Positions 24,101-64,000 of a stretch of 64,000 nucleotides of DNA are shown here, piece after piece; within the stretch, counting starts at the first letter, position 1; each line of letters opens with the position of its first letter. The notes under the pieces were generated by a model. That model made no database searches. It was not told the DNA's origin and worked only from the letters and a program-made list of their open reading frames with translations. The stretch is from Macrostomum lignano (Eukaryota). The position numbers and the translations under genes were made by a program. Location: contig NIVC01000384.1 in the NCBI GenBank assembly GCA_002269645.1, positions 186,001 to 250,000 of the forward strand. Direction: 5' to 3'.

Positions 24101-25683
24101 CGAAACAGGAGGCTTACTTATCCAGACTCCAACAATAAATTTTCAACCTCGGATTTTCAGACTCGGACACGCACTCAGAGTCCAAGACTTGGACGCTCAA
24201 CTCAGCTCACCCCGACTCGGACACTTTCTCAACTAAATTCGGACATTCAACTCACCCAGACTCGGAAAATCAACTCACCCAGACTCGGATATCAACTCAC
24301 CCAGACTCGGACACTCAACTCACCCAAACTCGGACACTCAACTCACCCAAACTCGGACACTCAACTCACCCAGACTCGGACACATATCCCGTGTCCCAGA
24401 CTCGGACAATCAACTCACCCAGACTCGGACACTCATCCAATTTCCCAGACTCGGACACTCATCCAATGTCCCAGACACGGACACTTATCCAATGTCCCAG
24501 AATCGGACACTCATCCAATGTCCCAGACTCGCAATCTAACCAGACTCGGACACTCATCCAATGTCCCAGACACGGACACTCATCCAGTGTCCCAGACACG
24601 GACACTTATCCAATGTCCCAGAATCGGACACTCATCCAATGTCCCAGACTCGCAATCTAACCAGACTCGGACACTCATCCAATGTCCCAGACTCGGACAC
24701 TCATCCAATGTCCCAGACACGGACACTTATCCAATGTCCCAGAATCGGACACTCATCCAATGTCCCAGACTCGCAGTCCCAGACTCGCAATCTAACCAGA
24801 CTAGGACACTCATCCAATGTCCCAGACTCGGACACTTATCCAATGTCCCAGACTCGGACACTCATCCAATTTCCCAGACTCGGACACTCATCCAATGTCC
24901 CAGACTCGGACACTCAACTCACATAGACTGATAGCGTGCAGCAGACAGTTGCCATCGCCGCTAGTTGCCAGGGGCCATAAGCGGCTGGCCAGGCCGTCCC
25001 GGTGCCACCAGTTCAAGCAGCCGGCCGCCTCCAGGCTGGCGAGAGCATTGGGATCCAGCAGGTCGGCTTCGATGAATTGGCGAAAGCCTTCAGGCTGCCG
25101 ACTGAGATCTGGCAGTACAAAGGTGAACGGACAGCGGCAGGACAGCGAAGAGGCGGCAGCGGCAGCCGAGCCCTGCTGCTGGGTAGCGAATTTGCCGTTT
25201 TTCCTACGTCGGCTCAGCAGCAGCCGTCCTGGCGCACCGACAACAAATCTGGCGGCGCTTTTGCCACCGCCACCGTCGCCGCCGCCGCCCACAACGCAAG
25301 ACAGCGTTGCCGGCAGGAGCCGACCGCCGGTTGGTTTCGGCATCGAGGAGGAGCAAGCGGCGCTGATGGCAGCGTTTGTCGCAGTAGCGGAAGTGGCGGT
25401 CGAGGAGGATTTGGTCGGTTGCGACGCGACAGCAGCCGAAGTTGTTGGCGAAGAATCGTCTAGCGCGCAGCTGCTGAAGCCGCGGTGAGGGCGAACCTGG
25501 CGAGGGCGCGGCTGCGGCTGCAGTGCACCGACTGTGGCTGACATTGGATAGGCCTGCGAGGAGGAGGGTCGAGTACATCTTAGCTGCAGGGCGGTCCGAA
25601 GACGTAGCGGGGAGGCGAGCGTCGCCCATTCCGCTAGTCGAGTACATCGAGACAAAGTACATTGGGACTTGGGAGTCTGTCTG
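21177..25683 (-). CDS. OTUD7: OTU-domain deubiquitinase, A20 subfamily, OTUD7A/B (Cezanne)-like; start codon not resolved
   Basis: Exons ~25683(or 25676)-24923, 23765-23576, 22926-22293, 21614-21177 (TAA), phase-consistent. Motifs FTFVLPDL, LNWW, LATSGDGNCLLHA (catalytic Cys), RRWRWQ, YSSLEEIHVFVAANVIRRPIVVVAD, AHFSALLPME (catalytic His), LPVHFAFDPG. First in-frame ATG within the exon is at 25544; an upstream exon in the AT-rich 25.7-27.4 kb zone is possible. Confidence 0.9.
21805..22140. repeat. AG-rich 10/20-bp repeat GAAGAGAGG(G/A)
   Basis: Purine-only array in the last OTUD7 intron. Confidence 0.95.
23022..23541. repeat. Composite 28-bp / 29-bp minisatellite
   Basis: CCCAGCAACTGAGGATCTGGGAGGCTGG units switch at ~23155 to CATCTAAGCCTGAAGATCTGGGAGGCTGG units. 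Confidence 0.95.
24165..24920. repeat. ~22-26-bp minisatellite CCCAGACTCGGACACTCA(TCCAATGT/ACTCA)
   Basis: Array abutting the OTUD7 splice donor at 24922. Confidence 0.93.
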
Positions 25684-25732
25684 CTGGAAAACTACAAAAA
25701 TCTATAGGGATAGTGTAGAGTGAAATCGGGCC

Positions 25733-25960
25733 TAAATCTAACCAAATTCTACCTAAATCTAACCAGATGCTACCAGATGCTACCAAAATCTATTCAGATC
25801 CTACCAAAATCTAACCAGATTCTACCTTAATATAACTAGATACTACCTAAATCTAACTAGATACTACCTAAATGTAACTAGATACTACCTAATTCCAACT
25901 AGATGCTACCTAAACCAAATTTGATGCTACCTAAACCAAATTTGATGCTATCTAAATCTT
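25733..25960. repeat. Degenerate ~21-bp repeat TACCTAAATCTAACTAGATAC
   Basis: Imperfect tandem copies. Confidence 0.75.
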
Positions 25961-27349
25961 AATAGATCTTACAATATCTCTTGTATTAAGATCAACGCAA
26001 GCACTTATATTTATATGTATAAATAAGCTATTTCTATTCTTTTTTTCTCCATTCAAAAATATTGATATTTAGATAGATGCCAAAGCTATTTATTAGGTTT
26101 CTAAGTTAATTTATCTTCTTTGCTAATGACAATAGTTGCTAATATTTACTAAGACTTTGTCAGACACAATTTCCAACTTGTTAAGTTTTTCTATCAATAA
26201 AAATATTAGAACATTATTTTTTCACTTCAATTTGATTTTCAGGATCTAAAATATAAAACAGATAAAAGAATAAATTTAACATACATTGGCAATTAATTTG
26301 TTTGTTAAAGTTCAATTGCCACATTATTACACACAAAGGCAGACTATATTTAGTATTTTAATATTAAAAAGGATAATACTATTAATACATAAGCTAGAAA
26401 AATGTTGCCAAAACATACTACTAAAACAGCCATCTATAAATATACTCTTATAGATATAATTCAGGGTCTCCCTTTAAAGGTCATTCAGATATAGCCTATT
26501 GACTATAAGAAAGTCAGTGATAAACGTTTTGCTTCTTTTGCTCCTTTTGTTAATTTTAAATTAATAATAAATTGAATTAATATAAATTATTGCTAAGAGC
26601 ATTAATTTTGCATCATTATTACTGTAGGTATAATTTAAGTTTGTTTAAAATGAAAATGTTTGTACTATTTTAAAAAGACTTTTTATACAAAAGCCTTTCC
26701 TAGATAGAAAACTCTATTTGTGAAAACTAAATGACCTGACACCTAAATGATGAAAAGAATTTTTTTGGCATATATTTTAGAGAATTTTTTGTTTTTAGTG
26801 AACACTGGCATATATTTAGATGAGCTAGGATTCTTGTTCTGGCGTACATTATTACACAATCTGCAACATGGCTACAGTAGGGTCTAGGGGGGCCTACTCT
26901 ATAAAAAATTGTATGAAAAATAGTTTTTTAATAGAAATTATTAGCAAAGACTAATATAAAAAGTACTAATTTTTTTGTGTTATTGTATTAGCATCATTTT
27001 AAAAGCAATTTTGCTTCTAGAAAATAATATGAAATTCTTAATTCTAGGTCTCCAATCTATAAACCTAAAACTAAAATCTTAAATAAAATTCTTCCTTTGC
27101 CACTACAGCATGAATTGCATATCAGGCCTTAATTTATGCTGATATAGGGACTGAATTAGGCCTATAAGTTTTACTATAGGCCCTAACAAATATTTTAGCT
27201 GCCAATACAGTACACATAAAATTGTATTATTATGTATTATAGTTACTGTTACAGAATAGTATCTCTTTAAAATTAGACTATGACCTATGCCTAAATAAAA
27301 ACAATAGGCCTATAACTTTCATCTGACAGTTAAATATATAGACGTTGTA

Positions 27350-27750
27350 ATTATGCCATGGTAACATTTATTGGTCGAAAACGTGGTGGGGCTGGTTAGG
27401 CCCCTAGTACATTAACATACCTTTTGCTTTTGGTTTTTTGCTATTGAGTTTCACTTTCAGTAATTATAATTTTATTTAGAATGTCGATATCTGGTATGAA
27501 AAGTATGTAACAGGACACTCCATTGAGTCATAAACTGGGTTTGCAATCTGCTGATTTTGATAACTTGTGCTGTTTGGCGTATGCTACGGAAAATATCATT
27601 AAGAGTTAAGGATGAGCAGGCATGAGTCAGGATAAATATGAATCTAACGAACTTTCAAAAATGCGTAACGCCTGACCGATGCCAATAAATTAGTAAAACA
27701 AGTGCTTTATAAAGTCAAAAACAAATATCTAATTTTTGTATAAGTTTTTA
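27350..27750 (-). promoter_or_regulatory. Putative OTUD7 promoter region
   Basis: CpGs resume here at the upstream edge of the CpG-void/TAGGCC zone, mirroring the layout at MYBBP1A and LRCH; position is inferred only. Confidence 0.3.
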
Positions 27751-28330
27751 AAAAGAAAATTAGGAATTTTTTTAAAACAAGAACTAAAGTTAAAAAAACA
27801 TTTTATGGCGTTGTTAACTTCGTAAAGTTAACTTCGTAACAACTTAACTTGTTAGCTGTTGAATATTAGACAACTCAAACAGAATGAACTTTATTTTAAT
27901 ATAGCTGTACGCATCGTTAGGGTATGATTTTTAGGTTTTTTGCTTTTTTCCTGTCTTTTCAAAACACAACCCTAAATTTGACAATACGTTAATTGCATTG
28001 ATTATTATCACAACAAGACGTAAATTTGAATGGGGAACAATTACATGTATATAATAACCCCGCAGCAATCCTACATACGTGCGATGATATCGGCCGACCG
28101 TTTTCGACGTCTATCGATTCCGCTGCAAGTATATGTACTTTTACATTACATGGACGGATAACGACGTCTTAGGTCGGCTGAACGTCATTTAAATGTTAGT
28201 ACATATTTGCGGCTGTATATTGGAATAGGTATACACGTTTATAGATCCTATTTCTGAGTATTGATGAAGATTGGGCAAGAATTTGCGTATTCTACCTCTT
28301 CATCGATGTATCGTACATGAACGTCACATA

Positions 28331-28366
28331 CAAGGACTTCTAGACTAGTTAGTCTAGAAGTCCTTG
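28331..28366. mobile_element. 36-bp palindromic element with 8-bp TSD (minimal hAT/P-type derivative)
   Basis: CAAGGACTTCTAGACTA-GT-TAGTCTAGAAGTCCTTG forms a 17-bp perfect stem, flanked on both sides by GTCACATA (28323-28330 and 28367-28374). Confidence 0.7.
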
Positions 28367-28857
28367 GTCACATATCTATGTATTACATATGTAAAGTATA
28401 CAATTTAGTCGTCTTTTGGTACATATGTACAAATGTACTCTCCATCGAGACTCTCTGAAGCTCGCTCGTTCATTTAAGGGGGCGGGTGGCGCTCACTTTA
28501 TCACCCTGTCAATACATATGTACCCCGCTGATGCAGCGGTTCATTGCACACAACACATGTACTAATAATATTTAGTGCCGCGTATTAATTCGGCCAGGTC
28601 ACAGCCGGGCATGAGTCACTACCCACACACACAAATCAGTTTTTAAATGCTTCATACACAGCTCAATAGTTTAAAAAGGAAATTGTAGAAAACTTGAGCA
28701 ATCAGCCAAACAATTGTATGCATGTGCACCTATGTGCCGCCACGTGACAAATTATATTTCGGTGGCAGCACGCAAAGCCTTGGACAGTCGATCTGCACTG
28801 AGAAGTTTTTTATGAGGCGGTGTGAAGCGAACCGGAATTAAGTTGACCGAGTATGCA

Positions 28858-29700
28858 GTAGCTATAGGAGCTGTTAGGGGAGCTGTGGGGGTAGCTGCGG
28901 GGAAGCTGTTGAAAGAGCTGTGGAGGAGCTGTGTGGGGAGCTGTGGAGGGAGCTATGGGGGGAGCTGCGTGGGGAGCTGTTGTAGGAGCTGTGGGGGGAG
29001 CTGTGGGGGAGCTGTGGGGAGAGCTGTGGAGGAGCTGTGTTGGGAGCTGTGGAGGGAGCTATGGGGGAGCTGTTGTAGGAGCTGTGGGGGGAGCTGTGGG
29101 GGAGCTGTGGGGAGAGCTGTGGGGTTAGCTGTAGGGGGAGCTGTGGGGGAGCTGTGGGGGAGCTGTGGGGAGAGCTGTGGAGAAGCTGTGTTGGGAGCTG
29201 TGGAGGGAGCTATGGGGGGAGCTGTTGTAGGAGCTGTGGGGGGAGCTGTGGGGGAGCTGTGGGGAGAGCTGTGGGGTTAGCTGTAGGGGGAGCTGTGGGG
29301 GAGCTGTGGGGGAGCTGTGGGGAGAGCTGTGGGGTTAGCTGTAGGGGGAGCTGTGGGGGGAGCTGTAGGGGGAGCTGTGGGGGGAGCTGTAGGGGGAGCT
29401 GTAGGGGAGCTGTGGGGAGAGCTGTGGCGGGAGCTGTTGTAGGAGCTGTGGGGGGAGCTGTGGGGAGCTGTGGGGAGAGCTGTGGGGTTAGCTGTAGGGG
29501 GAGCTGTGGGGGGAGCTGTGGGGGGAGCAGTGGGGGAGCTGTGGCGGGAGCTGTGGGGGGAGCTGTGGGGGGAGCTGTGGGGGAGCTGTGGGGGGAGCTG
29601 TTGGGGAAACTGTGGGGGCTGTTGGAGGAGCTGTAGGCGGGAGCTGTGGGGGAGCTGTTGGGAGGACTGTTGGAGGAGCTGTGTGGGGAGTTGTTGGAAT
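28858..29700. repeat. G-rich GGGAGCTGTG(G) satellite
   Basis: Intergenic 10-12-bp unit array with many G-runs. Confidence 0.93.
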
Positions 29701-30864
29701 CTGCAGTAAAGAGTTTAATGACAACTAAAGCTCACTCTACTGCATGTACAAGTACATGCACCACAATTATCATTCACCAGAAGTGGCCGCACGGTAATTA
29801 ACAGGTCAAATTTCGAAATGAGACGGAAACTCGGTAATAGACTGTCAGTTCGCACTGACACTGCATGTAGATAACGGCTTTGAGTTCGAGTTCGAGAGCA
29901 AAGCTTTGATAAAAAATTGTCTTGGCAGGTAAAAATCTGTCACTATCGAAGGGTGTTGTGTCCCGAGTATTACTATACTGTCAAGTCGCTTAATTGTTCG
30001 GTTTTTATTGGCAGCTCCCAGACAGAATGGCGCCAGTCCGCCCGAATAGACTGACTGTCTGTACGGCAGCCAGGGCGCCTTTCACATGGCAGCTGATATT
30101 GAATTAGTGATTTAAGTTTCAAACCAGCCTTAAGCATACCAGCTCGAAGAGCAGATCTAGACATAAAAAAAGGTGTGAAACTTTGTGAAACTGAAATAAG
30201 GTGTGAAATAACGCATTCTTAAAGCCACGGTTTTCTGTTCGAATTTTAGCTCTCTAATTTAGACATTAAACAGAGCAATTTGTCTACACTAGCTAATCTT
30301 CCAGACTACCCCTTTGTAACTGGGTGAGTAAGATCAATCTTTATGTATACTGGTAGTTATAAATATCAAGGCTCCACGACCTACGTTATTAAGAACGACG
30401 CAATTTAATTTCTTGTTAGAAATTCTGAATTATTAATGCACGATTGTTTTTTTTTCATGTGTAGCAATGCTTATTTGTCAGCTCGCGACAGATGCTTTCT
30501 CAGGAGAAGCAGTCTGGAAGTCAGACATTTTTGGGTTGGTTGAACAGCGCGGGTTGCAAGCTATTCGGTGCAGGCGGACAGGGTGGTGCTTTCACACTTG
30601 CCTGAGAGCGCCAACATGTGTAGCAATCCTCGTAACTACGTCTTTTAATGCATGCACAAGACAAGAAAAATGGAAAGCAAATAAAATTTATTGAAAGCAA
30701 CCAGTTACATTTATGAAGGATCCAAATCAAAGCTAAGGTTTAGCTGACATATTGAAGCAAATGTCTTTTCGGACAAAGGCTAAGACTTCTTCGAAGCGAG
30801 TCTTTCAAATGGCTTCAACAAGTCATCAAGTATGTTCAATGAGTCATACTTTTGAATTGTTTGT

Positions 30865-31040
<176 letters not shown>

Positions 31041-32440
31041 CAGGTCGGTAAGTTCTCCTCCGAATCTTTGACGTGACTTCTACAAGGCTGACCGCAATTT
31101 CCCGTGCATTCTCTCAAACTGCACTTTTCCCGATTGGCAAAGCGGTCATTGGATCGGGATGTCCAAATTTTCCTCTCCCGATTACAAAAAACTCGGTTCA
31201 ACGTAGCAAAAAATCGAAGAGACGCAAGCAAGGCTTGCAAGTGGTTGCGGCATTGTATTGCACATTCCAAAACAGGTTTTTTTACTAAAACTAGGATCTT
31301 TTTGAAGTGAATAATTTCTTATATTGATATTCAATTTTGAGCAGCACACTATATAGTGCTGCCAACCGATAGAATCACTTCTACTGAGATCAGTAACACT
31401 TAAAAACTCAATTATTCACTAAGAATATGGCCTATTACTGGCAGTTCCAGTCTCTGACGCAGAGCAGACTGATGGAAGACGAGGCAAGATCAACTGTTTG
31501 ATTCCCATCCGATTGTATTTGTAGTTGTAAAACATTTGTAGCTACCCAAACAATAAAGCGTTAAATTAATAATCCAAGGTAACAATCAAATTTCAGGAGG
31601 CCACAACTGTCTTCATCGAGGAGGACTCGACCAGTCGACAACGACCCGACTCTAGACGAGATCGGCAGTTTGTTTTGAAACAAATTAGAGAAGTGAGTTG
31701 GCGCGTTGATGAGAGAAATACATGTATCTTACTTGTAGCTACAGGCGGCTTTTTTGCGCACCTTAGCTTTAGCTGTTGACAGGTGAATACGTTCTGAGCA
31801 AGCTTTTGTAAGATTCCTTTCGTATGGACTCTATGCGCACTCATGGTGCGCACGAGCGTATATGGCATTGTTGCAAGATCAAGCCGTGCACCATATCTCT
31901 CCATTGTCTCATTAATGTAATTTTAGTAGCCTTGATGAGTAATGATTTCAACGCGTTGAATAATGAGCGTACAGCATGGGACAATCACTACATAGCCGTT
32001 AAGCACGCTTTTAGCATTTAAAATGCACGCTGAATCGTGTTATAATATACGTCATTTGCCGACTTTAAGAGCATTTCTTAGAAAATGTTCATGGAAACCC
32101 ATTTCCGACAGAACTCAGTAGTAGGTCAATGACGAGTAAAGGAATTAGGTAACAGAGTATCATAGAATCCAGTTGGTGATGTCTGAACACAGACCAACTT
32201 TACACTGCATAAGATCGGAGACCGAGATGCCGGTCTGACCTCATGGTGATAAGTAGTCCACGGTGTAGTAGTCAAGACTGGTTGATGTTCACTCTGAACT
32301 GAAGGCGTCGTGATGGACTTTGCGTCGCATGAATGAATGCAACTTCAGTATAACGCTCTGTATCAGTCGAAGGAATGAATTATGAGCCACTTTATGACCT
32401 TGCTTTGATCATACGAGTAACGTCGTGCGATTCACACCAT

Positions 32441-32544
32441 GAAGGTCAATCCCCAAGGCACAGAGACTTTACATGCCTGACGGTTAGAAAGTCAGGGCCG
32501 CTGTACACCCTTTGCTTGCGTATGTACCTGTGAGTGTGCTCAGG
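32441..32544 (+). repeat. Dispersed structured repeat, copy A
   Basis: Aligns by eye with 62499-62592 (CCCCAAGGCACAG, TACATGCCT, AAAGT(C/T)AGGGCCGCTGTACAC, CCTGTG). Confidence 0.7.
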
Positions 32545-32804
32545 GGTCTACAGAATGGGCATGACTGGACTGGCTGCGGGTCCATTGGCACCTAGATAAT
32601 CGGTAGAGCCCCAAAGTCCAATGCGATCGAATTAACTGAACAAACACCTTAGCGATGTTCCTGACTGCTTTTATTCTTTTAGTTGCATGGATCAGGCTAA
32701 TATCCGTTTCTGAATCTGACCTGAATCTTTTAGCATTACTTTATACGCTCAGCTTGCAATCTATACATAATGCGACAAGATTAAGGGACATTAAAATATA
32801 AAAC

Positions 32805-32980
32805 TCATGAGCCAATAGTTGGTTGGCTAAACGGCTTGAGCACAGTAGTCTGCATGTGCTCAAGCCATCCAGCCAATGAGAACAGCTAAGCGCGGAGGTG
32901 CTTGAGCGACGGAACGGCAGGAAAAATTTAGAGTCTATAAGCGGCAGCGGTCTACCATTTTTGGCAGCAATGAGTCACTT
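32805..32980 (+). promoter_or_regulatory. Putative TRPM core promoter
   Basis: Two CCAAT boxes (~32813, ~32873) and a TATA-like CTATAAG (~32935), 100-270 nt upstream of the first identifiable TRPM exon. Confidence 0.45.
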
Positions 32981-33078
32981 AAATTCATCCCGCCCCACCG
33001 GACCAACCGAACAAAACTGGCTCAGCAGCCCAGCTTGAAATAAATTTTTAAATTTTTAATTTTTAAATAAATTTTTAG

Positions 33079-63562
<30,484 letters not shown>

Positions 63563-63769
63563 GTGAGGACCGAGAAATTGCTTGCCATGCTACTCACTAG
63601 CACAGTTGTTAGCAGTGTAGCTCAGATAGGAAACATGTAAATTTCAGAGATTATTTTTAAGGTACCGCTTTGAGTGTTGAAATATTGTCATAAGCTCATT
63701 CATGGCTTCACAGTTTCGAGTTTAGAATATTAAAGTTTGAGCTTAAAGCTTTTGAAGATTGGAGCTTAG

Positions 63770-64000
63770 CTTTTGAGGCTTGAGCTTAGCTTTTGAGGCT
63801 TGGAGCTTAGATTTTGAGGCTTGGAGCTTAGATTTTGATGATTCGAGCTTAGATTTTGAGGCTTGGAGCTTAGATTTTGAGGCTTGGAGCTTAGATTTTG
63901 AGGCTTGGAGCTTAGCTTTTGAGGCTTGGAGCTTAGCTTTTGAGGCTTGGAGCTTAGCTTTTGAGGCTTGGAGCTTAGATTTTGAGGCTTGGAGCTTAGC
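63770..64000. repeat. 21-bp minisatellite TTTTGAGGCTTGGAGCTTAG(A/C)
   Basis: Runs to the window end. Confidence 0.93.

Noticed and set aside
26741-26860. Candidate AT-rich first coding exon of OTUD7 (MYARTRILAHLNICQ...)
   Set aside because: It is phase-compatible with the 25683 acceptor, but the donor is weak and the peptide has no family similarity; unsupported without cDNA.
32125-32340. Possible C/D box snoRNA cluster (ATGACGA..CTGA, GTGATAA..CTGA)
   Set aside because: C boxes are non-canonical, and I could not match guide segments to rRNA or snRNA from memory; snoscan would be needed.

Overview
Eukaryotic (animal) genomic DNA with spliced genes, not a prokaryotic locus. Features such as GC-rich poly-Gln/Ala/Gly exons and a different minisatellite in most introns suggest a free-living flatworm such as Macrostomum; this is inference, not proven. 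I reconstructed four intron-containing genes by hand from GT-AG boundaries and reading-frame phase: MYBBP1A/Pol5-like (-, 12 coding exons, 1192 aa), LRCH (+, 7 exons, 584 aa), an OTUD7/Cezanne-like deubiquitinase (-, start unresolved), and the 5' part of a TRPM channel (+, from 33079 to beyond the window end). The window also holds an intronic tRNA-Arg(CCT), a tRNA-derived SINE, a hAT-type MITE with an 8-bp target site duplication (TSD), a foldback element and about 26 tandem arrays (roughly a quarter of the window). Almost all long ORFs in the supplied track that are not listed as exons are repeat artefacts. The most notable unexplained signals are: (1) a promoter-proximal signature at the three broadly expressed genes, with dense TAGGCC(TA) clusters next to 1-2 kb AT-rich, nearly CpG-free zones, while downstream exons are CpG-rich; (2) a TRPM first exon with no local ATG that is in frame for the AUG at the 3' end of a flatworm spliced leader; (3) a 36-bp palindrome flanked by an 8-bp direct repeat; (4) a dispersed hairpin element with a compensatory base-pair change.
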